NCBI GenBank assembly: GCA_012295275.1
Contig: CM022677.1
Coordinates: forward strand, 2,852,001-2,916,000
Origin: Chrysomallon squamiferum
Lineage: Eukaryota; Animalia; Mollusca
Direction of reading: 5' to 3'
DNA: 64,000 bases
A program made the translations under genes and the position numbers. Positions 15,040-28,377 of this stretch are shown in pieces. Position 1 is the stretch's first letter. The number at the start of each line of letters is the position of its first letter. The notes below the pieces were generated by a model, which was not told the origin of the DNA, made no database searches, and saw only the letters and a program-made list of their open reading frames with translations.

Positions 15040-15944
15040 ACCTAAAAACTGTTTTTGACTTTTTGAGAAAGTCTTTATAGGCAGCACTGGGACTTTGTTG
15101 TCTGGCCTTGTTGTGGTTTTCCAGACACACTACACACCTACTGTTTGATCTTTCCAACTCAGAGGTCCAGAATCTTGGAGGTGTTTGTCTGTGTACAGAC
15201 ACACTACACACCTACTGTTTGATCTTTCCAACTCATGAGGTCCAGAATCTTGGAGGTGTTTGTCTGTGTAATAGACTGTGATAACTGCCTACAAGTTGAT
15301 GGCAGAGTTTTTCTTCTGTGCTCTTTATATCATATCTTTGTACATGCACTGGGTGGGGGGGCTATAAATGCAGAAGTTACACAATAAATTGGCTTTTTGT
15401 CATACAAACAGTTGCTGCTACAATTATATTGAACAATAGTTCAAACGGCGCCCTTCTGATTTGACTTTTTGATTTGATCAGTTTTTCTGGAAAACGTTTG
15501 CGATTTGTAAGTGCAATGCCCACTAGGCAGATTCCTCTCTTTTCCAGCAAAAACTCACACAAATATACACTAGTGTAGAGTCTGTCTGTAAACACACAGT
15601 AATGCTGGTCACAAAACAGTTCCAACATACAAATAACAAGGTTTTCAATGGTTTCAGCATCATTCCTGCAACCTGTATATACTTCTGTATTTGAAATGTA
15701 GCCATTCTCACTGTCACAAAGTAGGAAGGTGTTGATACCCTACATTGTCAGTTTATACTTTGATATACTGTTTTATAGATAGGGAGTTTTTTGTTGGAAT
15801 CATTCCCTTGTCAAGTGACAGATTGCTTCTTGGTATATAATGCAGCCTGAATTTTTCCAACAAGTGATTGAACATGAGCCTTGATTTGTAAATCTTATCA
15901 GGTTTTTCTAGCTCTGGATTTAATTCATTTACACTTGGTAGCAT
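15040..15944 (-). mobile_element. Decayed piggyBac transposase (DDE_Tnp_1_7 type)
   Basis: DKIYKSR..NHLLEKFRLHYIPRSNLSLDKGMIP..IKQYIK, LLCDSENGYISNTEVYTG, VFTDRLYTSVYLCEFL..GICLVG..NRKRFP, and C-terminal RCVVC. Stops and frameshifts present; no TIR or TTAA TSD recognised. Confidence 0.9.
15122..15270. repeat. 74-bp tandem duplication inside the piggyBac C-terminal coding region
   Basis: cagacacactacacacctactgtttgatctttcc... begins at 15122 and again at 15196. Confidence 0.9.
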
Positions 15945-17220
15945 AGACTATATTGCTAAAAAATATATCTGGAATAGTGTATATATCAAATTTTAGCAAG
16001 TTAATAGAAGTTTTCAAATATATTAAAACATATTTTTGTGGTCTTACAGATGTATTGCTCTTTTAATCCTTTTATAGCAAAGTTAAAGAATAATATTAAA
16101 CTGTTTGAAATTAAGAATATATAAAAAAAATTTAATTTTTTTTTTATTATTAAAATTGTATGGAAAAAAATAAAAATGTGGACAAAAATTCTTGCTAAGA
16201 CAGTGAAATGCAGTTAGAGCTGACAAGAAAAATACCACTTGCACTTTATTTTATGTTTAGTTCATTAATGAATATTATATTTTGTTGTAGGATTCTAGAC
16301 AACAGATTCAAGCTGCCTTAGCCAGCACTTCAGTCAAAAATGCTGTAAGTCCCATCTTTTTTATATATTTAAATGAGGGGAAAATTAAGGGTTGCGGTAA
16401 TTATGTTATTAGAAGTAATTAGAATTTTTTAATTAAAAAAAAGAAAAAAAAGAAGAAAAAACTGTTTTTATTTATATTATTTAAATCAGGGAAAAGCAGT
16501 GGTTTGCTGGGGGTAATCATTGTGTACATATTTCACAAATTGTGTAATTAGTAGTAATAAGAATTTTTTATAGAATAGAAAAGAAAAAAGAAATCTAGAA
16601 TTTTTTATAAAAAAAAGAAAAGAAATCCATTTTTGTTTCTTTATTTTGTTTAAATCTGGGGTAATCAGTGTAAATATAATTGAGTATTATGTAATTAGAG
16701 TTAATTAGAATTGTTTTGATAAAAAATGAAAATATTTCTAATATTAAAAACCTGTCTAGATAGTAAAACTTAAATATTCATTTATTTCTGTCTAGACATT
16801 TCTGCAAGTTTTTATAATTTGCCTTTCCCATTTTAGAAAGAATAATAGAATAATTTCAGTAAGGAATTGTTAAAAATAGGAAATAATAATTTATAATCGA
16901 TAAAAATAAAATAAAAAGATAAAAAAATGTACATAAATGTAATTTTTCTGAGTATTTTATAATTTGCCTTTTACATTTTGGAAAAATTCTAAAAATTAGT
17001 TCAAAAATGTGCAAATGGAAATGTCTTAAATTTTTCATAATCTGTATTTTCTCTCAGTTATCTAGGAAAAAAAAAAAAAAAAAAGAAAAGAAAAAAGAAC
17101 ATAATATGAATCTCTTTAAAAAAATTGGTATTTAATATGTTTCTAAGCTGAATGAAAATTAAAGCTGGTTTGTTTGTGTAAAATCTAGCACCTCATGTTT
17201 TGTTAAAGTGTAAACACCAT

Positions 17221-17484
17221 TAGCAGTCATCTGGAGAAAGAAACTTGTTTACTTAAACAACAGTAGCAGTCATCTGGAGAAAGAAACTTGTTTACTTAAA
17301 CAACAGTAGCAGTCACCTGGAGAAAGAAACTTGTTTACTTAAACAACAGTAGCAGTCATCTGGAGAAAGAAACTTGTTTACTTAAACAACAGTAGCAGTC
17401 ATCTGGAGAAAGAAACTTGTTTACTTAAACAACAGTAGCAGTCATCTGGAGAAAGAAACTTGTTTACTTAAACAACAGTAGCAG
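17221..17484. repeat. 43-bp minisatellite, 6 copies
   Basis: Unit tagcagtcatctggagaaagaaacttgtttacttaaacaacag. Confidence 0.98.
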
Positions 17485-18066
17485 GAGTCCTAATACAGAC
17501 ACAAGGAAATCTGGTAAAAAGTTCACAAATGCATATGACAACAAACAAGGTAATTGAAAAAGTCCCTTACAGTCTTTGCTTTTAAGAGTTATAGTAAATA
17601 TGTCTCCAGCTTTCAGATTCAAATTTTCATTTTTTATTCTAAGAGATATTGTAAGATTAGTCAAATTCAGTACTTTAAATAATTTTAGCAATGTTTGGAG
17701 TATTTGATCAACAATAAAATATAGCCAGCTTATGTTACATAAATGGGTGGCAGTACAAATATTTTAAATAAAAAAATCATTTGTTCTTAACTGTTGTTAA
17801 ATCCTGACATTTACAAAATGAAACACATTGCATCTTATTTAAAAACAATAATGAAAATGGAAAATATTTCAGAAATTTCTAAGGCACATTCAAATAATTT
17901 TAGAAAAAAATAAGAAAAAAACAAAGCATAGTCTTTGTATGTTTTTATTTTTATTATGTATATATTGATGAACGTCTTCTCTATTTATTGTCAACTAGCA
18001 ATAATCTGACATAATCATAATTTATATATATATATACCTCTTATTTGAGTTAGGTAAACAAACATT

Positions 18067-18161
<95 letters not shown>

Positions 18162-19241
18162 AGTCTCTTTTGTATATTTACAAAGTTATTTACCTTAAGT
18201 AAAAATAATGAATTTTTCATATACACTATAAATGTTGAGCAGTCAAGATCACTCTGCATAATGTTACTAATCAAACTGAAGTTTATTAAATAGGAAGTAT
18301 AATTATAATAGCATTTCAAGACAAAATTAAACCTCTATTTTTGTAACAATGCATTCCAATAATAAATTATAGTGACATATGCCTTTAAGATTTTGTATTC
18401 TGAACCCATTTCACTTTTATTTGATATCATAGACTGTCATAATGAAGCCATAATCAAGCAAACTAAATTTTAAATTTTATAAATTTTGTTATTATTATTA
18501 TTATTATTATTATAGACATACATAATTTCATTTTCATTTTCTTTAAAATAAAAATTACTGATAAATCTGTTTTAAAAAATACTTGGTTTTAACAGTGCTA
18601 AAATTATTTTTTAATCTGATTAATTTCAGCTATTTTCAAACATCTTTTAATATTAATAACATTAATATAAAATCAAGACAAAAATATGATAATAATCATT
18701 AAAATAATCCAATTAATCATTTTGTTTTTTATTCTATTTTTATATCATTTTTGAAAAGACAACAGCAAACAAAACACTTGGAACTTGTATTTATTTATAC
18801 ATAAACAAGGACACTTTCACATGCAGCAGTTATTTGACAAACACATTAACTCTTTCTCACAGATAACATGTATGTACCAACTCATCTTTCACATTCACAT
18901 CTGTCTGCATCTATTTCTCCTACCATGCCCTCTGGAAACATACAAAACACACATTTCCTTCTGCACACACACACACACATCTGTTCATCTGTTTCTCTAC
19001 CAATCAATACATTCTATACAGCTTTAACAATTTTTTCTGTACATCTCCCTAACAGTTTATATGCTTTCTGTGTATCTCCTATAAAACTTATTGTTTCAGT
19101 GTCGTATTTCATTTTAAAATTAAGTATTTCAAATTACTTTTGCAATGTTGATTGTAAAATTGTTTTAGAAACTTTCACAAAAATAAATAAATATAGATAA
19201 TTCTTTATGATGACAACTGAAATAAAACTAATTAAAATTAC

Positions 19242-19284
<43 letters not shown>

Positions 19285-19652
19285 TATTTTCTATTATTTA
19301 TGAAAATAAAAATTAATGTACATTTTCAGGACCCTAGATCTATCACTGAAGGCTCTGTAAGTTTCATCGTTTGATATCTGTTTTGGTTTTGTATAGTACT
19401 GTCAACAAGTAAATATTTCTTATTTAAAATTATCATTCGATATTATTTGCAGCTGATGCAAAGTGACACGTGAGGTCTCGATTACGACATCAGTTTTACA
19501 GTCTACCTAGAAAACAAGTTCCTGATACTGTTAAATAAAAAACACAGGAAAAGGTGAACATTTTGTATCATATTATTTTTCCTGATTCTACATTCTGATT
19601 TATAAACTGTGCTGCTGGATAAGCTTAATGGTTTCTTTTTAAATTATTTTAT

Positions 19653-19685
<33 letters not shown>

Positions 19686-21326
19686 TTTAATACCTGGCAA
19701 AGTTTATATGAATAAAAATGAGATATGATTAAGAACTAACTTGTTATTTTCTTTATTTGTACGGCGTTATGCAATTTTAATCAGTGAGGTGTTGACAATG
19801 TATTTATATCATATTTAATTTGTGTGAGGGTAGATTTCTCAAGGTAATTTGAGACTACTGGATGGGATTTACGTTTATATTTACTACCAGCTATGCAGCT
19901 TATACGATTAAATTGAGACTGAGGTGGAAATTACATTCCATCTTAGTAAAAGAACTGTGGTTTACATCGATATTTTATTAAGTTCACCTCTGTTTTGCAT
20001 CACAACAAATGTTGATAATATATATAAAATTGTCAGTATAATCTTGGATACAGCTAAAGGAATATTATTGGTTTTTCAAGAATAATCTTATTAGAGTTAA
20101 TAACAGCAAATGTTGCTGTTCAGTTTCAAATTACCTGTGAAAACTGATCTCATGTTGACAACATAAATATTGTAGAAACATGTCTGTCCTCCTGAACTAG
20201 TGTTTTATGAGATATGAGGATATTTTTAGTTAGCTAGAAGAATTATATCATTTGTTTCATCCTATTACAACATAACAATAATTTCTTTATTATCAAGTAA
20301 ATATTAATGTTTCTTCTCCAGTTATCAATACAATCTCACCAGAAGCTTTTAAAATATCAGATTGAACTGAACTGATTAACACAATACAGACATATAAATA
20401 GATAGATGGATAGACAGACCGACAGAGAGATTAAAATGACCAATAAAAGAAAAGATGTTAAAAGCGAGGTTAATATGATTATATTATAACGCATATACAA
20501 ACATCTTACAAGTTCATTTGCCTATGAAATGTAAAATGTCTACCTATATCTATATCCATCCCTAGCTATCTTCAGTGTATCTATCTACCTATTATTTAAC
20601 TACATACATATCAGCTTATGTATATATCCATCATCTAAGGCAAATAGGTATAACCAGATGCTTTTTTTCTCTGTGTGTGTCTGTCTGTATATCTATCTAT
20701 TGATAATTGTTTCTTTTTTTCAGAAATAATATCTGAAATAACGAGATCAACAATAAAAATAGCAACTTAACTACAATGATACTAATTAAAATGATAAATA
20801 AAATTACAATTAAGAAAGAATACTGAAACAAGGGAAAAAGAAGAGTAAGAAAGGAAATAAAATGATCTCAGGCATATATTTATCATAAAGAAACAATTAT
20901 ATTAAATAGAAATAAAAAATAATATATAGGTTTAAATAAAATCATTTTAGTGAATTCAGTAAATTGAGTGAATGATCTGTATTCAGCAGACTTATGATGT
21001 CATTAATAATCATTCGTCGCTTCATTCATTGAAAAAATATATATTTCTATGTGATTTCTTTTTGTTATTTTGTTCTTTTTTAATATTTTACTTGACACTC
21101 AGTCTTTATTGTATATTTTCCAACGTGTTAAATAGAGTTATTTCCCGTAGACCACAAACTTCTGAAATAGATTACTCCGCATATGCCATGCGACGGTAAA
21201 TTAGATTTGCTGCTTTTAGATGAAAAGAACTAATTGTGTATAATGCTTTGTAACAGACAGCACCAGCTCAATAACATTCCTTGCGTTTTCTTTGTCTTCT
21301 AAATAACCAGTTGACTTTAGTTTTGG

Positions 21327-21435
21327 TTTATTTAATGTGTTATTATCATTTATTGAATTATTGTAAAATTCTTATTTTATTTAATGTGTTATTATCATTT
21401 ATTGAATTATTGTAAAATTCTTATTTTATTTAATG
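21327..21435. repeat. 49-bp tandem duplication
   Basis: atttaatgtgttattatcatttattg... at 21330 and 21379, partial at 21428. Confidence 0.9.
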
Positions 21436-21654
21436 CTTTTATTCAAGTTAATTTATTTCTTTTCGATTTGTCTCTTTAAAAACAATGAATTTATTTACAA
21501 ATTATTTTTATATGAAATTTGTTGTATATTTACGCATATACAGTACACCATATTTAGGACAATATTTGAAAGCTATTTAATAATAATTCATCTAATTTAC
21601 AAATCATAAAAAGTTAAGAAAATAGACGTAAAATAGTTGAAATTGGAAGTTCAA

Positions 21655-21950
21655 AAACCCGAGCAGACGGTTTCCGAGCGATCACGGAAACTTCCGATCG
21701 AAATCCAAAATGGCAGCGTCGAACGCCGATCAGTGTTTACAAACTTTTAAACATCCAATCAAGTCTATATGGACTATTAAAAGTAATTTGAGAAAATAAT
21801 TCATATAACTAATGCCGTTTATATGTATATGCCTATTATAGAGCAGTAATTGTTGCAAAGGTCGAAACCAATTTTTAATTTAATAATTATTTTCTTGGAG
21901 GGGGGGGACTTTGACGTCATACTATTTCGTACCCATTTCGTACTAGATTT
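21655..21950 (+). promoter_or_regulatory. CpG-rich island: promoter-like, or part of a non-autonomous DNA transposon
   Basis: Inverted repeat GTTTCCG(21670-76)/CGGAAAC(21685-91), YY1-like AAAATGGC 21707-14, CRE TGACGTCA 21912-19, direct repeat atttcgtac x2. Confidence 0.35.
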
Positions 21951-21993
21951 TTATTTTCCAGATATTATTTCGATGTCTCCAGCCAGAAATAAA

Positions 21994-22024
<31 letters not shown>

Positions 22025-22806
22025 TAATAATAATTTTCACTGACGCTGGTGGATGAATATTCTCATTAGGCACATAATGTGAACACTTACTTTGCTAAAA
22101 CTCCATAGCGGACAGTACTGAGTACGTACTTGTAAAACAATACTTGAAACCGTTATATCTTTATTTTAATATTTATTTTCATTTTCAATAAATTACAGGT
22201 GGTATTTACGTGGAAAAAGAAAACTGATCGCATGTTACAGAGAAAGAAAGAGGGAGATATTGATAGACTAATAGACAGATCAGTACAAGTTAAATGAATT
22301 GATAGATGTAGATGAATTTAGGAAGACAGGTGAACATGACGATGTCGATTTATCTATTCTGTGTTTTCTTCTTTCTGTCATGTGTGTTTGTGTGCCAGGC
22401 TGAGTAGACGTACAGATGTATATATAAATCATACAGGTTGTAATGCAGGCATAGTTAGTTATGTATGTAGGTAGTTTGACAGGGAATTAGATTGATGGAT
22501 GGTTATTGATCTGTTGTAATGTGGATAGTTAAACAAATAGGTATGTAGGTCAGTAGTTCAGTAGGTTAATATGTAGATGTATGTAGATAGTTATGTAGCA
22601 GACATACAGACAGATAGGTGTAGGCAAGTATGGATGGTAATGTGGAAGACTGAATGTATATACAGGTGTAGGTATGCATAAGTTGGAGCAGGGAATAGTA
22701 TATACATGTGTATGGGAAGGAAAATTTGCTTGTTTTTTGAAGAGTGAATATACTGAGTTATGTGTGCAAACATTCAGAAAAACAGGGAGATCTGTAGGTG
22801 GATACA

Positions 22807-23006
22807 NNNNNNNNNNNNNNNNNNNNNNNNNNNNNNNNNNNNNNNNNNNNNNNNNNNNNNNNNNNNNNNNNNNNNNNNNNNNNNNNNNNNNNNNNNNNNN
22901 NNNNNNNNNNNNNNNNNNNNNNNNNNNNNNNNNNNNNNNNNNNNNNNNNNNNNNNNNNNNNNNNNNNNNNNNNNNNNNNNNNNNNNNNNNNNNNNNNNNN
23001 NNNNNN
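22807..23006. other. Assembly gap (200 N)
   Basis: Run of exactly 200 N, i.e. a fixed-size scaffolding gap. Confidence 1.
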
Positions 23007-24279
23007 TAATGCCAAACATCTTTTCAAACAATTTTGCAAGGATCAAAATGCAGACTGTGTAAGACTACCACAACACGTAAGGTATTAACAAAGGGAATTG
23101 CCTGAAAAGATTCATGGAATTATTTTCCAAGAGTTCTTGGTCAGACAAGCCTCATACGACCCCGTTACCAAAGTTGATGGTGAAGCACTGCTATTTAGCA
23201 GAGACATATTTGAAAACTCAAAGTGTCTAAAATAAGGAGCTCCAAGGAAACAAATATGACTTTGTTAATTCAAAGTCAAGATATTTGGCTTTATATCATT
23301 TCTGGAATTCATCCCAAGAAAATATTTGTAAAAAATTGAATATAATTTCTTTAAGAATAAATGCTACTTGTCTTGTTATTGTGGAGAAATTAAAAATAAT
23401 GGTAAGGCAATTTCAACTTCAGATTTTCTGATTTGAAAGAAATTAATTAATTATCCATCTTGATGACTCAGCCATTGTTAGTGGATCTGTCAGATGTGAC
23501 CATCGAGAACCACTGCTCTAATGACTTAAATAGTGTTTAACTGGACGATAATAAGTGCTTAAGCTCTACCCAACTGTCTTATTTATTTTTCAGATTTGTG
23601 TGGTTTGAAAAATTTGTCCACATACCTAGTAACCTACTTAATGTAAATATTTTTAAAAACGTCGACAGTCGCATTTTGGTAATATTTTAAACAAAGTTAA
23701 ACATCTGATCTAGATATCCTTTTTTTTTTTTCGAAGTGAGAGACACTTATCTTTTGTTTTTCATCTAACAGTGAAATTGCGAAGTCTTAATCGAGGTAAT
23801 GAAAAAACAATTAATGAATTATTTAACAGACCTAATACTAGTAATAGTAATAAAGTGATATAACTTGACACTATTTCTTAATTTTCAATTTGTTTCATGC
23901 CATAAGTTACATACCTTTAAATCGTTAAAATCCATGATAACTTGATAACATGAACATAAATCCATAACAACTTGATAGCACCAAATATTAATCCTTGCTT
24001 CCGAGTAAAACTCTACACTTCACACGTACATTTAAATATGGCGGGCAAAAAAACAGGTGCCCGTCACGTGTTCGATGTAACCTTATTAGAGTTATTTCCC
24101 TTACACCGTTAACAACTTCGCCAGTCCCTAGTTGACATTGTACAATACAGTATTAAATGAGTTTGAAAAAAAGGACAATGTAACCATTTAATTCATAGGA
24201 AACCGATGTATTTTTCTGGGTTTTTTTTGGTGATAACATTTTCGTATTTCAAAAACATTATCTTTATAATGCCTTAATA

Positions 24280-24364
<85 letters not shown>

Positions 24365-25638
24365 TTTGTGTGTGTGTGTGGCCTTGGTGAAGAAAACTGG
24401 AAAATCCAGAACTCCCAAGAGTAAAGGTAACTGGTCTGGTATCTTTAATAACAACAACAACAACAGGAGTGGTAGTAGTAGTAGTTGTTGTTGCGTTGTT
24501 GTAATGAATAAAATAAACAACAGCAATAAAAAGAAGAACACAACAATAACATTCATTTATTCATTATTTTTATGCGATTTACTTTCTATCAGAAAGTGTA
24601 GCTAATATGTGTTTGTAGCTGAAATATATAATTACGAAACAGAAAACACACAGTATTTACTCATAAACAAAATAAAAATTGCTGGTTGGTCAGGAAATAC
24701 ACTGAGAAGATTCGACTACAAACCTTTACAAAAATAGAGAAAGCAGAGGAGGATAGAAAGAAAGAACAAGAAAACTGAGTAAGATCATTTAAAACAGTTC
24801 ATTTCTACTCCGAAATTTGTATTTTACTAAATATTTATATAAAACGTACAAGAATAAGTAACATCAAATAAAATAAAATTTTAGAAATTTAAAATAATAA
24901 ATTCTAAACGCTTAACAACAAATAAAAAAATGTTGTAAACCTGTCTTTTATTTGAAAATTATCTTTAGACAACGCAAACTTGTTTCTGTTCAGGATATAC
25001 TTAATGTTCAGTTTCTAATATTTAGTTTTGAATACAGAGACATAGCGATAGAGTAATGACACTAATACGACGAATAAAAGAAACGAGGAAAGTGTACAAA
25101 TAAAAAATTATCATCAATGTTCCACAGTCTCAGTTATAAAAACACTCCACACCCTTCTCTGCCTCACCCCGATATCACCATCCCCGCCCTATTCGCGCTA
25201 AACTGCACTGGCGATCTTTGGTTAAAGAGATTGAGCGTAAACAAATAGTTCAAACTGCAGATAATTATTGTCACTTCAAAGCAGAGTTAATTATAGATTA
25301 TTCTCTCACATTGTATGTGTAATGTGTGAATGTATGTATGTATGTCCATATGTGTGTGTGTGTTATTACTTTTTAACCGTATAAACAATAACATAGAATA
25401 TTTGTGCATTTTCTTACTATTTTTCTATTTTTATATATTATTACGTTTATACTTCAGAAAAATAAACGTGTTATTTTTATTTTGTTACGTTTGATATCTA
25501 ATGAGCCACATGTTAAATCCTTTTCAACAACAACAACAAGAATATAAAAAATAATAATAGCAATGTGTATAAATATTGTCTTAGTCTGCACATAGTATAT
25601 ATAACATTGTTCCTACGAAACCAAAAGTACGTTTACGT

Positions 25639-25763
25639 CAGTGACGTAGCGTGGGCGGGACCACATAGGCGGTTGTATAGCGCAGAATTCTTAGGTTCAC
25701 TAGGGGCTCGGGGACGGTTGGGGGGGTGTGTAATACACGTGCATTACCAACTCTACGCCTCTC
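25639..25763. mobile_element. Short MITE-like element with degenerate CAGTGGCGTAG-type TIRs
   Basis: Left end cagtgacgtag (25639-49) and right end ctacgcctctc (25753-63) are 8/11 complementary; GC-rich interior. No TSD seen. Confidence 0.45.
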
Positions 25764-25801
25764 ATTATATTGTCCACACAGTATGAATAAAACATCACTG
25801 G

Positions 25802-25895
<94 letters not shown>

Positions 25896-27145
25896 ATGAG
25901 AGAGACAGAAAAAGATTGGTCGTACGTATAGTACAAATAGGGACGATTTGGGTATATTGTTTTATTTATTTTATAATGATTATTATTATTATTTTTTTTT
26001 TACCTAACTCTTTGTTATTTTGTTTTTCATGTTTCCCTTTACCATGTTTGCTTCTGTTGTTGTTGTTGTTTTTGTTATATTCATAAAGTGATAGCTCAAT
26101 TCTGATGATTATTTATATATAATAAAGTTAAACATTTAAAAACTCAACAGCTCAAAGTTAACAATACCCTTTTAAACGAATCTCTTACGAAATAAAACAA
26201 GAAACCCTTATTCATTAGTTAGTTACAATAGAAAAACAAACAATACGTGAAATACAAATGTAAAGAATATTTTTAATGAGTTCCTAATACTGATCCAAAG
26301 ATGAGCAGTAACGTAAGCGACAGTTGATTCAGTCCTGGTCTCAACAGTAGTCTGTGAATTAATCAAAACAAATTCAGTAAACAGGATTAAACCATGTTTT
26401 ACAATTACACAACATTGTCAGTTATTATTTAGATCAGCACATATTCTCAATTTTATAGTTTTATGTTAACAACGACATTATACGGTTGTGTTATTAACTT
26501 TCATTTTTATTTGTGAAATCAATAATGAAGTTGAAATAACGCGAAAATACAGAAATATTTCCTAACAAGACTGTGATTAAAACCGATATTTTAACAGAAA
26601 GCTCGTGTTTTTAATATCAGTCAGCAATGTTACAGAACTTGTATTCTTTATTTCTTTTTATTTTCTTATTTTTACTTCTTTTTTTTCACTACACATCACA
26701 GTTTACTTTCTATAAAGAAACAAATAATAAGGTCTAAAAATCACCTCACATCACACTTCAGTTACAATAAACAAATGGTAATAAATAAAAAAATATATAT
26801 ATAAGATGAGATCTAAAAATAACTAATTTATTTTCATTCTATTTACGACTTATTCCATATTTCATTATTCTGGTATTTTCCAGGGTTTTTTTTTTTTTTT
26901 TTTTTTTTTGGTCATTTATTTATTACTTTTTTTTTTTATTTTTATTTTTTTTTTTTTTATTTATTTATTTATTTATTTTTTTTTTTTTTTTTTGTCTTCC
27001 ACATCATACTTCAGTTGCTATAAAGAAAAAAAAAAAAAGAAAAAGAAGAAAATATCTAAAAATAACTGGAATTTTTGCATTGTGTTTCCGTCCTGGTGTC
27101 ACAAACATCAGTATTGTTCTACGTATTTTCTTCATTACGTTGCTG

Positions 27146-27321
27146 ACGTCATGTATTACCTATAATGTTAAGTTACGTCATGTATTACCTATAATGTTAA
27201 GTTACGTCATGTATTACCTATAATGTTAAGTTACGTCATGTATTACCTATAATGTTACGTTACGTCATGTATTACCTATAATGTTAAGTTACGTCATGTA
27301 TTACCTATAATGTTAAGTTAC
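27146..27321. repeat. 29-bp minisatellite, ~6 copies, carrying TTACGTCA
   Basis: Unit tgtattacctataatgttaagttacgtca, preceded by a perfect TGACGTCA at 27144-51. Confidence 0.97.
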
Positions 27322-27398
27322 AATGAACTGGTGTACAGAATAACGTTATCAATTCTACTGTATTCATGTTGAAGCATCCTCGAAAATGATTTGCCTAT

Positions 27399-27446
<48 letters not shown>

Positions 27447-27458
27447 ATAATTCTTCCC

Positions 27459-27516
27459 ATAATGATTAATAATTTCCGTTAGAAAACTAATGAAATAGCT
27501 ATTCAATATGGCAATA

Positions 27517-27547
<31 letters not shown>

Positions 27548-27750
27548 ATATATATATAAAATTATTCCCATAATGATTAATAATTTCCTTTACAAAGCTA
27601 ATGAAATCGCTATTCAGTATGGTAATATATATATAATGATTAGTAATTTTCTTTACAAAGCTAATGAAATCGCTATTCAGTATGGTAATATATATATAAT
27701 GATTAATAATTTTCTTCACAAAGCTAATGAAATCGCTATTCAGTATGGTA
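27459..27750. repeat. 63-bp minisatellite (3 copies plus 1 diverged), interleaved with (CTAT)n
   Basis: Unit ataatgattaataatttcctttacaaagctaatgaaatcgctattcagtatggtaatatatat; explains ORF 27573-27797. Confidence 0.95.
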
Positions 27751-28238
27751 AACAGTTCAGGGTGACAGCTGATGAGGAAATCAAACTACAAACGTGATAC
27801 CAGCCACATTCACGGAACAATTATTATCGTGTTTTAAAAATAACCGAGATTAGAGTTTTATACAATCGGTCTCTTGATCAGACAATATTTTATAGAAATG
27901 AACCAATACATCAAGATTAAAAATGTGGTAAAATAAATAAAAAAATAAAATAAAATAAAACAAAATATTGATAATAATCAATAAAAATTAACGCGGTATA
28001 GAAACGTTTTTCTGTAGGTCTATGCTCTGTGTAAAAATAAAAAGCGATAAATAAATAAAAATATAATAAGAACAATAACATCTTTTAAAAATTAAAATTA
28101 AAAACTAAATTATTATTATTATTAACTTTATTATTATTATTATTATTATTTTATTTTTATTTATTTATTTATTTTTTTATTTTTCTGTATATTAATAATG
28201 TTGAAACAAAAGTTGGTTTAATTATAGTAACATAATAC

Positions 28239-28361
28239 GGAATTCCCCGATTTATTTTTAGAACCGGCTGACCATTGTTGTTACCTGTAGATGTTTATTA
28301 TCTGTAGTCTGATTGGTTCTTCTAAAGTATAGACGACGCCATTTATACTCGCTAATCAGTT
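28239..28361 (+). promoter_or_regulatory. Putative promoter of the IAP gene
   Basis: kB site GGAATTCCCC 28239-48 (reverse GGGGAATTCC), reverse CCAAT (gattgg) 28311-16, TATAGA 28328-33 placed 30 nt before Inr TCAGTT 28356-61, YY1-like CGCCATTT 28337-44, and caaaATG start context. Confidence 0.6.
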
Positions 28362-28377
28362 GCTCGAATTTATCAAA

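Larger units (their letters stand above)
12629..19356 (+). pseudogene. Chain of exon-like segments of an unknown gene: 12629-12776, 13060-13166, 13528-13773, 14299-14429, 16291-16344, 19330-19356
   Basis: AG/GT-bounded. The first four chain in phase (1,0,0). 14299-14429 (KLNQFVKDKNSQEIVDKYKLELTLWNKEQLESPVELKYLVLSS), 16291-16344 (DSRQQIQAALASTSVKNA|gtaagt) and 19330-19356 (DPRSITEGS|gtaagt) are open. The first three carry many stops. Confidence 0.35.

Noticed and set aside
22674-23088. ORFs spanning the N run
   Set aside because: Artefacts of the assembly gap.
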